Assembly: GCA_031256725.1 (NCBI GenBank)
Contig: JAIRQE010000021.1
Coordinates: 30,001-62,000 of the forward strand
From: Propionibacteriaceae bacterium
Lineage (GTDB): Bacteria > Actinomycetota > Actinomycetes > Propionibacteriales > Propionibacteriaceae
Length of the DNA: 32,000 nucleotides
Direction of reading: 5' to 3'
Shown here: piece after piece, positions 24,754-32,000 of the stretch
Layout of the letters: the number at the start of each line of letters is the position of its first letter
How positions within the stretch are numbered: position 1 is the stretch's first letter
Notes under the pieces: generated by a model
Told to the model about the DNA's origin: nothing
Database searches by the model: none
What the model saw: only the letters and a program-made list of their open reading frames with translations
Translations under genes and position numbers: made by a program

Positions 24754-26691
24754 GTGCCCATGCGGAAAGACGTGATCCTGGCTCTCGTCGGGTCGGTGTG
24801 TGCAGTACTAGCTTTGGCTATCGAACCTGCAACTGACGACGGGATTATCTCCGCACTCAAGAATGCTGAAGGAAACAATGTTAGTTGGGTCGTGGTCTTT
24901 CTTGCCCTGGCCTTCTTTGGGCGTCATGTACTGAGGCAAATCCGGGTGGAGCCGTCAGCACGTAAGGCTGCAATTCTCGTGGGTGTTCTTCTTGGAGTTG
25001 CCTGGACTATAGGTCAGTCGATTTCGGTTGCAGATAGTCTCGAACCATTGTGGGGTTCCGGGGTCTCAACTATTGTGAAGACGCTCGTAGTCTTGGCTGG
25101 TTTTTCGTGGCTTGTCTTTTTGCCCTGCGGATGGCTTTTCGCCTGGAATTGCCGCCAAAAACTACGAGATCACTCTGTCATGCTGCGCGAGGAATCCAGA
25201 ATATCCAGTCTTCATGAATCCCAGGTTGGAAGCACATCCATGTTCGCTGGTCTGTACAAGCAGCTTTCTCGTAGTGACCAGTGGATCAACAAGCATCCAC
25301 GCTGGACATTCGGATTGGTTTTCTCATCCATCTTGGTGGTACGTCTGGTCTGGTTATGGGTCCTATATCCCGGTGTGGTGACAAATGATTCCTCAAACCA
25401 ACTCATGCAGGCGTTGGGACTTTATGAGTACTCCACCCACCATCCGCTTGTGCATACCTTAGTTATTTCCATCTTCGCACGCGCTGGCGAAGCTTTAGGA
25501 AACTTAGCTCTAGGTGTGTGCCTCTTCGGTTTATTTCAGTGCATTGCGACCTCGGCAGTGGTCGCCTATGTTCTGTGGCGGATGAGATCCTGGGGAGTGT
25601 CGATTGGGGCACTGACTGCGGTCTATGCAGTTTTCTTGCTCTACCCCATCCATGGAGTTTTCGCAGTGACTTTATGGAAGGATATCCCCTTTGGATATGC
25701 CGTCTTAGTTCTCATGACAGTCATTATTGATGCGATAAGAAAACCCCTTCAAGGCAGGTACTATTGGCGTCTCGCTACGATGCTTCTCCTAGCAGGGGCA
25801 AGTGTCTACATATTTAGAAACAATGGTCCCTTTGTGCTTATAGCTGGCATGGTGGCTCTTATGATCATCCTTCGGCATCAGTGGAAACGCATCGTACCCA
25901 TTGCTCTGGCTCCCATAGTGTTGGGCGCGGGTATCATCTTTGTCTCCAATGCAGTGCTCGACCCTATCCTTGGGGCGAAGCGCGAAGCCCTATCCATCCC
26001 CTTGCAGCAGATCGCGCGTACCTGCCATTCAAGCGAGCTCTCGTCGGTACAAGAACAGTTTGTCTTCCAGTTATTCTCAGGGGCAACCTGTGACGAAGTA
26101 GGGAAGAGGTACGTATCCTGGATCTCCGATCCTGTGAAAAACATCGCAGACGACGAGTTCATCACTTCTGATATGGGTCGATTCCTTGAAGGGTGGGCAT
26201 CTATTGGTGCGGATCATCCAGGAGAGTATGTCACCTCTTTCTTAGCTGGAGGATACGGGTACTGGTACCCAACGAACAATCATTGGGTTGCTCTTACGGA
26301 GATCATCAACACTGATAGTGATAATGAGATTCTTACGATGCGCGAATCCGGCTTCGGTCGAATCACCTCTAAGAATCATCCAGAATTGGTTTCAACACTA
26401 GACTTCCTTCTCCTTAAGCCAAATGGAATCCCAGTGATGTCGATGGGTTGGTCGGTCGGCTTCTTAGTATGGCTGGCCACAATAGGAGTGGCTGCTGGTA
26501 TCGTCAGAGATCGAGCCAAATACATTCTCTCAATAGCTGTACCACTAGGAGTTTTGTGGCTGACATGTATTGCGAGTCCGGTTTATGCTGAATATAGGTA
26601 CACGTATGGTCTCGTCACCAGTCTCCCACTTCTTCTTGTGATTAGTTTTGCCCGATGGCGCGAACTCCACTCCGTGAGTGCGAGTGAATAA
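24754..26691 (+). CDS. Large polytopic membrane protein, GT-C-like candidate extracytoplasmic glycosyltransferase (645 aa)
   Basis: More than 10 predicted hydrophobic helices with a C-terminal loop region. An Asp pair (EPATDD) lies in the first loop after TM1, as in GT-C enzymes. Polyprenyl-phosphate GT2 and GtrA genes follow immediately. The family assignment is inferred from context. Confidence 0.55.
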   Translation: MPMRKDVILALVGSVCAVLALAIEPATDDGIISALKNAEGNNVSWVVVFLALAFFGRHVLRQIRVEPSARKAAILVGVLLGVAWTIGQSISVADSLEPLWGSGVSTIVKTLVVLAGFSWLVFLPCGWLFAWNCRQKLRDHSVMLREESRISSLHESQVGSTSMFAGLYKQLSRSDQWINKHPRWTFGLVFSSILVVRLVWLWVLYPGVVTNDSSNQLMQALGLYEYSTHHPLVHTLVISIFARAGEALGNLALGVCLFGLFQCIATSAVVAYVLWRMRSWGVSIGALTAVYAVFLLYPIHGVFAVTLWKDIPFGYAVLVLMTVIIDAIRKPLQGRYYWRLATMLLLAGASVYIFRNNGPFVLIAGMVALMIILRHQWKRIVPIALAPIVLGAGIIFVSNAVLDPILGAKREALSIPLQQIARTCHSSELSSVQEQFVFQLFSGATCDEVGKRYVSWISDPVKNIADDEFITSDMGRFLEGWASIGADHPGEYVTSFLAGGYGYWYPTNNHWVALTEIINTDSDNEILTMRESGFGRITSKNHPELVSTLDFLLLKPNGIPVMSMGWSVGFLVWLATIGVAAGIVRDRAKYILSIAVPLGVLWLTCIASPVYAEYRYTYGLVTSLPLLLVISFARWRELHSVSASE

Positions 26692-26732
26692 TTCGTTAAA
26701 CTGAAGCTCTGTTACCAGATCTATGATGAGGT

Positions 26733-27689
26733 TTGCGAATGACTGAACCAACGATTGTCGCAATTGTTCCCTGCTTCAATGAGGAAGCTGCAATAGGGAA
26801 GGTTGTCACTGATCTTAAAGCCGCTGTCCCCGAGATGCTTGTCTATGTCTACGACAATAATTCCAAAGACCGTACAGCCGAGGTAGCGGCCGAAGCTGGA
26901 GCTATCGTGCGTACAGAAAAACGACCAGGCAAAGGTAATGTCGTACGCCGCGCCTTCGCGGATCTTGACGCTGATATCTATGTCATGATTGATGGCGATG
27001 ACACCTATGAGGCCTCTCATCTTCCTGAGATGATCGCAGCACTCAGAAATGGACCTCTTGATCACGTCTTGGGCTGTCGCAAACCCGAGTCGAAGGATAA
27101 GTCGGCCTATAGGCCAGGACATGAGCAGGGTAATAAGGCATTCAACAAACTGGTTGGATGGCTCTTTGGGGAACCAGTAACCGACATGTTGTCAGGGTAT
27201 CGGGTCTTCTCCCGTCGATTCGTGAAGTCATTCCCGGCTCTGTCTCGGGAGTTTGAGATTGAGACTGAACTCACTGTTCACTCCATGAACCTTCGTGTTC
27301 CCCAAAAAGAAGTCATGGTTGGTTTCCGGGATCGACCTGATGGATCAGAATCCAAACTCAGGACCTATCATGACGGGTTTCGTATCCTTCGCCTCATCGC
27401 CCAGCTACTTCAGACTGAACGCCCTCTACCCTTCTACGGGTTCTTCGCTGCGCTTTTCGCTGTGACTGGCCTAATCCTTGGGATCCCAGTCATCGCGAGT
27501 TTCGTCAAAACTGGCCTAGTTGAGCGTTTCCCCACTGCAATCCTGGCGGCCTCAACAATGATCCTGGCCTTCCTTTGTTTCATCGTGGGTCTAATTCTGT
27601 CGGGTGTTTTGCGCGCACGCCAGGAAGCCGCTCGCCTGGCCTATCTCAGATGGTCAGCACCTGAATGGATCAGCGATTCAAGTGAGTAA
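26733..27689 (+). CDS. Polyprenyl-phosphate glycosyltransferase, GT2 (GtrB/CsbB/DPM1-like)
   Basis: IVAIVPCFNEEAAIGKVV, YDNNSKDRT and MIDGDDTY (DxD), plus two C-terminal TM helices (LPFYGFFAALFAVTGLILGIPVI; ILAASTMILAFLCFIVGLILSGV), as in GtrB-type enzymes. Confidence 0.85.
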   Translation: MRMTEPTIVAIVPCFNEEAAIGKVVTDLKAAVPEMLVYVYDNNSKDRTAEVAAEAGAIVRTEKRPGKGNVVRRAFADLDADIYVMIDGDDTYEASHLPEMIAALRNGPLDHVLGCRKPESKDKSAYRPGHEQGNKAFNKLVGWLFGEPVTDMLSGYRVFSRRFVKSFPALSREFEIETELTVHSMNLRVPQKEVMVGFRDRPDGSESKLRTYHDGFRILRLIAQLLQTERPLPFYGFFAALFAVTGLILGIPVIASFVKTGLVERFPTAILAASTMILAFLCFIVGLILSGVLRARQEAARLAYLRWSAPEWISDSSE

Positions 27690-28182
27690 TTCAGTCGAAT
27701 CGGGCCAGGAGCCCCAAGGGTTCCTTGCTCGTCTGGGGGGGAAGTTTAGAGACCTCTCCTTCTTGCGCTATCTCTTAGTGGGCGCCTTCAACACTGGCCT
27801 AGATCTGGCTCTGTTCACTCTTGGTGTTGCAGTTTTCCATTTGGTACCACTGGTGGCCAATGCCATATCGACAACCATCACCATGTGTGTGAGCTATCTT
27901 CTCAACCGGACTTTTGTTTTCCGCTCTGAGCAGAAACATGCCAAAGCGCTCATCCCTTTCTTCACTGTGACCCTCACATCGGGATTGCTTATTCAGGGGG
28001 CAGTAATCACCATAATTCTGGCCTTGACAAAGTCAGTGACTTTAGTGCCTTACGAAGTCTTGGCTGCTGGAGCGAAGATCTGTGCTATTGGTGTGGGTCT
28101 CATCGCGAACTACCTGGGGTACCGTTTCATCTTTACCCAATGGAATAAGCCTATTTCTGATACGGAAGAAAGTTCACACTGA
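27682..28182 (+). CDS. GtrA-family membrane protein (putative lipid-linked sugar flippase)
   Basis: RYLLVGAFNTGLDLALFTL...NRTFVFRS...ANYLGYRFIFT with four TM helices is the GtrA pattern. I prefer GTG 27682, which overlaps the upstream stop (GTGAGTAA), giving 166 aa. The track ATG 27604 would add 26 residues that overlap the upstream gene. Confidence 0.8.
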   Translation: MSNSVESGQEPQGFLARLGGKFRDLSFLRYLLVGAFNTGLDLALFTLGVAVFHLVPLVANAISTTITMCVSYLLNRTFVFRSEQKHAKALIPFFTVTLTSGLLIQGAVITIILALTKSVTLVPYEVLAAGAKICAIGVGLIANYLGYRFIFTQWNKPISDTEESSH

Positions 28183-28191
28183 GATCAAGGA

Positions 28192-29316
28192 TCACTTCGC
28201 GACCCGGGGGAAGGTGAGGGCGAAGGTTGTACCACTGCTGGAGGTGGACTCAACTCGAATATCCCCGCCGAATCTTTGAGCGACCTCTGAGGCTAATGCC
28301 AAACCCAAGCCGAAGCTGCGTTTGCGACCGGACTCGGAGCCATGTGCGAACCTCTCGAAGATGCGTTCGGGGTCTACGCCTGTGATACCTGGGCCCTGGT
28401 CTTGTACGCGGATGATCACCTTGTCTTCAAAGGGGGTGGCTGAGACTTGGATCACGGAATTGGCGGGGGAATGCTGGATGGCATTGTCAACGATGGCGAC
28501 TACAGCACGGGTGAGTGAGGTAGCTGGTACCCTTACAAACATCTCGGGGGTGTCGGCAAGGGTAATGGTGATGCTCAACTGTTCCGCAAGGGCATCGAGG
28601 GAGGTCACAGCATTGTCCAGGATGGTTTTCACTGAACTCTTTGTACCAGGCCCCAGGTTTTGACCCTCAACAGTGAGGAGCATGTCATCAAGTACGTTTG
28701 CCATATTGGCTGTGTCCTGGTGGAGTTGGTTGACGACCTCATCAACGGGTTTCCCAGAGTCCAGGCGACGCTTGAGGATTTGTACCCGCGAAGACAGGGC
28801 TGTTAGTGGGGTACGAAGCTCATGGCTGGCATCAGCAACGAAGCGACGCTGAAGTGTGAGGGCCCGTGACAGGGGTTGTACTGCTTGACGCGCGACAAAC
28901 CAGGCAATGAGTGGGGTAACAATCAGGGAAACCAAAGCCAACATCGCCAGGGTCCAGATGACATCATTGGCGCTGAGGTAGCCATACCGGGGTGGGTGAA
29001 AACCGGGACGGGGATCATAGACGTCTACTGGGAGGGGGATCGCGTTGTTGGCTGCGATCGTGATCAGGGCGATGCAGGCCAGCAGTACGATTACCCCGGT
29101 TGCCCCGGCAACAGCCATACCGACAGCGAGAGCGGCGGCGCGTACCTTTTCGTCGTCGGTGGCGATCTGTTTCTTGGGGCGCAATAATGCTTGACCTATG
29201 AGTCCTAGCTTGTCAGCACGCTCATCGTGGGCCTGGATCTGGGCCTCGACCTGTGTCTGAGCGAGGGCTTGAGCTTTCGCGGCCCTCTTCGTTGTCCGGG
29301 TCTTGGTTGTACTCAT
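28192..29316 (-). CDS. Sensor histidine kinase (HisKA + HATPase_c) with 2 TM helices and a short extracytoplasmic loop
   Basis: H-box FVADASHELRTPLTAL, N-box VDNAIQHS, G1 DQGPGI and G2 GLGLAL. 4-nt ATGA overlap with the response regulator gene. Confidence 0.9.
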   Translation of the reverse strand: MSTTKTRTTKRAAKAQALAQTQVEAQIQAHDERADKLGLIGQALLRPKKQIATDDEKVRAAALAVGMAVAGATGVIVLLACIALITIAANNAIPLPVDVYDPRPGFHPPRYGYLSANDVIWTLAMLALVSLIVTPLIAWFVARQAVQPLSRALTLQRRFVADASHELRTPLTALSSRVQILKRRLDSGKPVDEVVNQLHQDTANMANVLDDMLLTVEGQNLGPGTKSSVKTILDNAVTSLDALAEQLSITITLADTPEMFVRVPATSLTRAVVAIVDNAIQHSPANSVIQVSATPFEDKVIIRVQDQGPGITGVDPERIFERFAHGSESGRKRSFGLGLALASEVAQRFGGDIRVESTSSSGTTFALTFPRVAK

Positions 29317-29972
29317 GAGCCAAGCCCCAAACGATAGCCCTGAGAACGTACAGTTTCGATGATTCCGTGCTCAGTCTTGCGTCGGATGTAGTGAACATAG
29401 GTGTCCACTGTTCCCGGGGTGTCATCGGCTGAGAAGATGGCCGACAGGATCTCTGTGCGGGAAAAGATATGCTCGGGAGATTCGGCGAGCAGGGCGAGCA
29501 GGGCCGTTTCTGTTCCGGTGAGGGACACACGATCTCCATAGGGGTTGTAGAGGGATTGGGTTTCGGGTACGAGCAGCCACTCACCGATGTACGTCTTCCC
29601 AGTCTCGGCGGCAAACCCCCGTCGAAGTGCCCTGAGTCGCGCCAGAAGCTCATCGAATTCGAAGGGCTTGGTCAGATAATCATTGGCCCCACCATCAAGC
29701 CCCGACACCCGATCATCTATAGACCCGAGTGCTGTCAGCATGAGTACCGGAGTAGTAATCCCTGCACGACGTACCCCCTGGATCACGGCCACACCATCCA
29801 TACCTGGCAGACGTCTATCCATGACCATGAGGTCATAGTGGGTGTTGAGCGCCAACTCCAGACCATCCTCCCCTGTGGAAGCATAATCAACGTCGTAATG
29901 CTCCTGAAGTACCTCAACCACCATCTCAGCGATCGACGGATCATCCTCTATAAAGAGCAGTCGTGAGTCCAT
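29313..29972 (-). CDS. OmpR/PhoB-family response regulator
   Basis: Receiver domain LLFIEDDP, DLMVMDRRLPGMDG, LTALG and KPF. C-terminal winged-helix VDTYVHYIRRK...RSQGYRL. Confidence 0.9.
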   Translation of the reverse strand: MDSRLLFIEDDPSIAEMVVEVLQEHYDVDYASTGEDGLELALNTHYDLMVMDRRLPGMDGVAVIQGVRRAGITTPVLMLTALGSIDDRVSGLDGGANDYLTKPFEFDELLARLRALRRGFAAETGKTYIGEWLLVPETQSLYNPYGDRVSLTGTETALLALLAESPEHIFSRTEILSAIFSADDTPGTVDTYVHYIRRKTEHGIIETVRSQGYRLGLGS

Positions 29973-30360
29973 ACTCCCATTGTCGCGGAAATCTCCTCAG
30001 ATTTCACTAAGGAGGGATGTCCTCGGTGTCATCCTGCGCGAAGTTGCAGAATCCAGGATGGGTTTCATGTTTTACTCTCCATTCGGGGCTCGATTATTGC
30101 TCGCGGCCTATGTTTGCACCTGGGTTGGGCCCTGAATTTGGCACCTAAACACTGCCGCCAGTCTTTATCTCTAGGAGTACCCGAAGCATTGGTGGATTAT
30201 CGACGATTGACTGCAGTACTACTGGAGGAAGGGTTGTTCTCATTGTGGACATCACTCTCATATATAATGTCATGAAATTATGAGAAAACTCGCGTTAGTG
30301 ATAATCGAACTCGTGTTGACTGGATGCGTATCTCAAAGAGCTCGGAGATGGATCACAGAG

Positions 30361-31026
30361 TCAGTCTTCCGCTGCGATGCAGTAGTCGTAGAAAGGCATC
30401 AAAAACGTGTATCCAGCCACGAGGTGATCAGCAAGCTCAGGTTTGAATAACTCTTCGCTGATGTCTCCGTAATGAATCAGTGAGAAGGACTTCATGTTGT
30501 ACCATTCCTGAGTCTTGGGTGTGGGGGCCTGCTTTTGTCGGGCGTACGGTGGACCTTCAAGGATGAACTCATCTTGGCTGGCGAGAAGGTCTATCAGCGA
30601 TTCGAGTGCTGCTGGATTCTCATCTATTTGTGTGCGCAGTTTCGCCATTGTTGCCGCCTTGGCAGCGTAGTACCCAAGACCATAGCTCCAACCCTCGGGG
30701 TTGAGGTCGAACCAATATGTCAGGATGCCTGCGCTTTCCGTGCCCTCGGCGGAGGGTCTTTCCACTGAGAACCAAAGGCTGTCCCTGTACGGATGTCCGT
30801 CGTGGACGCGCCTGGCGTCTTTATAGATGCGTGAGAGTTTGTGGATGAATCCGTAGTGCTCGTATTCGACGACCATTCGGGTGAAAACCTCGTGTCCCAG
30901 CTCTTTCATGGGAGTTTGAAAGTCCTGCTTGAAAATATCCTTGTGGGCTTCAAACCATGCCTTGTTGTTATTCATGCGGATATTCCACATGAAGTCGATG
31001 GTCCTTTGGGTAAAACCTGTGAACAT
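30361..31026 (-). CDS. DUF2461 (TIGR02453) family protein
   Basis: MFTGFTQRTIDFMWNIRMNNNKAWFEAHKDIFKQDF... is the characteristic N-terminus of this family. ATG 31026 is preferred; the track TTG 31062 adds 12 residues. Confidence 0.75.
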   Translation of the reverse strand: MFTGFTQRTIDFMWNIRMNNNKAWFEAHKDIFKQDFQTPMKELGHEVFTRMVVEYEHYGFIHKLSRIYKDARRVHDGHPYRDSLWFSVERPSAEGTESAGILTYWFDLNPEGWSYGLGYYAAKAATMAKLRTQIDENPAALESLIDLLASQDEFILEGPPYARQKQAPTPKTQEWYNMKSFSLIHYGDISEELFKPELADHLVAGYTFLMPFYDYCIAAED

Positions 31027-31063
31027 ATCTGTTACCTTACTTCCTCGTTGGTGCTGTGACAAT

Positions 31064-31097
31064 GATCTAGGTCATGATTTGATCTCGGTCATGATTT
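31064..31097. repeat. Tandem 17-bp direct repeat GATCTnGGTCATGATTT x2
   Basis: 31064-31080 and 31081-97 are identical at 16 of 17 positions. The repeat lies directly upstream of the DUF2461 gene, in the divergent intergenic region shared with the PFOR gene. Confidence 0.8.
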
Positions 31098-31388
31098 CCT
31101 CGTCCTGGTTCAGGCAGTGTCGGGGGACGTATCTCCTGACATACGTATCGTCCGACTCTCTAAGCCGTGAGTTTCAATACTGCCGTCCTCTGACACTGGC
31201 ACTTTTAGACACTCCCTGACACGGGTTTCCCCATGAATGGGGGGGTACCTCACTCTCATGGGGGATTTCGTACCCAAAAACCACCCCAAAATCTGGCCCG
31301 AAAAGGGAAGAACTGCGCGGAGGTGGTAACATCACATAGCGTCACCAACTGCACAAATTCAACCTGCCGATAAGGGAAGGTGTTGCGA

Positions 31389-32000
31389 TGAACGAGAGCC
31401 CCAGGTACCCCGGGATCCCTAATGTCATTAATGGTAATGGAGCCGTGGCTTATGTCATGGGACACGTATGTGGGGGGGTGATTGGATACCCTATTACTCC
31501 GTCGACGGAAATCTCGGAAATCTTTGAGGCTGCGCGCGCGGATGGGCAACTCAACGTATGGGGAAAGCACCCGTTCTTCGTTGAATCTGAGGGTGAACAC
31601 TCAGCCCAATCGGGAGCCCTCGGAGCAGCACTCACAGGTGGCAACTACATCTCGAATGCGAGTTCTGCCCAGGGGATCCTCTACGCCTTGGAGTCACACT
31701 ATGTGACTGCGGGGAAGAAGATTGGTGGGTTCGTACTCCACGTGGCTGCACGTGTGGTGACTCGCCACTCCTTGAACGTCATGGCGGGCCATGATGACAT
31801 CTATTCGCTTATCCCAACGGGGTATACGATCCTCTTCGGGTCCGATCCCCAGGAGGCGGCTGACCTCGCGGCCATCGCCTATAGGACGAGTTCCCTGTCA
31901 CTGATTCCGGTCGCCAATGCCATGGACGGGTTCGCAACCTCTCATGTCATGAGCGAGGTACTTCTCCCCGAGTCGGATCTTCTTCACATCTATCTTGGTG
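31389..32000 (+). CDS. Pyruvate:ferredoxin/flavodoxin oxidoreductase family (PFOR/NifJ-type 2-oxoacid oxidoreductase), N-terminal 204 codons; continues beyond the window
   Basis: Absent from the ORF track because no stop codon falls in the window. The frame is open from ATG 31389 (AGGGAAGG 7 nt upstream) to 32000. The translation ...INGNGAVAYVMGHVCGGVIGYPITPSTEISE...NVWG...ESEGEHSAQSGALGAAL...SSAQGILYALES...HVAARVV..HSLNVMAGHDDIYS...DGFATSH follows PFOR domain I motifs (YPITPSS, N.WG, SE.GA, SQGL, HV.AR, IFGDH.D, DGFRTSHE). Confidence 0.8.

Noticed and set aside
27604-27681. Upstream ATG start for the GtrA-like gene
   Set aside because: It would overlap the GtrB-like gene by 86 nt and add a non-GtrA leader. 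GTG 27682, which overlaps the upstream stop (GTGAGTAA), gives a typical GtrA length. The choice remains uncertain.
27735-27741. Homopolymer tracts as phase-variation switches: G7 in the gtrA-like 5' region (27735-27741), G7 and C7 in the DUF3566 gene (24025-24031, 24194-24200), G7 in PFOR (31473-31479), and G7 in intergenic DNA (31239-31245)
   Set aside because: A rough back-of-envelope estimate for about 27% G or C per base over 32 kb on both strands predicts a handful of 7-mers by chance. That is what I see. Seven nucleotides is short for efficient slippage. There is no evidence of frame-restoring alternative ORFs.
30058-30135. 25-aa hydrophobic mini-ORF (MGFMFYSPFGARLLLAAYVCTWVGP) and an overlapping 43-aa ORF starting at 30017, divergent from the two-component operon
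   Set aside because: SD spacing is wrong (0-1 nt) and nothing supports translation. They are retained only as part of the long-spacer observation.
30280-30450. 56-aa ORF beginning MRKLALVIIELVLTGC, which resembles a lipoprotein signal peptide with a lipobox
   Set aside because: It has no SD. The hydrophobic region contains Glu. The mature part is highly basic, and 90 nt of it overlaps the DUF2461 gene in antisense. It is probably coincidental.
31256-31600. 114-aa minus-strand ORF (and 31450-31644 on the minus strand)
   Set aside because: It overlaps the PFOR-type coding frame that starts at 31389 on the plus strand and carries unmistakable family motifs. The minus-strand product has none.
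1-32000. Search by eye for CRISPR arrays, tRNA/rRNA genes, IS elements, integrases, toxin-antitoxin pairs or known defence genes
   Set aside because: None found. The only repeats are the MITE-like pair, the short direct repeats listed above and the diverged gene duplications. The QueC-like protein lacks the partner genes of known QueC-containing defence systems.

Overview
Chromosomal window of roughly 52-54% GC (judged by eye). Gene content looks like a Gram-positive Actinomycetota genome, possibly Actinomycetaceae; the taxon is a guess.

Landmarks: gyrB (19078-21135), gyrA (21181-23862) and the actinobacterial DUF3566 membrane protein (23965-24681).

Left of gyrB, transcribed divergently, lies an ~18.7 kb cell-wall glycopolymer locus that is almost entirely on the minus strand. 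In transcription order it contains:
- an ABC-2 exporter (TagG/TagH-like)
- wecB and wecC (UDP-ManNAc and UDP-ManNAcA supply)
- two diverged tandem copies of a module made of a small 2-TM protein plus a ~700-aa GT2-GT4 fusion
- an orphan PP-loop (SGGLDS) protein
- three paralogous GT2 enzymes
- an IspD/TarI-like cytidylyltransferase plus an extended SDR (CDP-alditol supply)
- two TagB/TagF-family phosphotransferases
- an edge-truncated acyltransferase-3 gene

Right of DUF3566 lie a three-component extracytoplasmic glycosylation set (GT-C-like membrane protein, GtrB-like polyprenyl-phosphate GT2, GtrA-like flippase), an OmpR-type two-component system, a DUF2461 protein, and the 5' part of a PFOR-type 2-oxoacid oxidoreductase.

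I recognised no rRNA, tRNA, CRISPR, IS/transposase, integrase or phage genes. Two real CDSs are missing from the ORF track because they run off the window edges (1-307 minus strand; 31389-32000 plus strand).

Most interesting observations:
1. The duplicated small-TM plus GT2-GT4 fusion modules sit downstream of wecB/wecC and are candidate alternating-linkage (teichuronic-type) polymerases.
2. A QueC-like PP-loop protein of unknown role is embedded in the locus.
3. A pair of ~128-bp, internally palindromic, MITE-like repeats in inverted orientation brackets the only opposite-strand gene of the locus.
4. One GT2 gene has no canonical start codon upstream of its essential N-terminal strand, with a strong SD placed for an ATC start.

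All functional calls rest on motif-level reading of the translations. No database search was possible.
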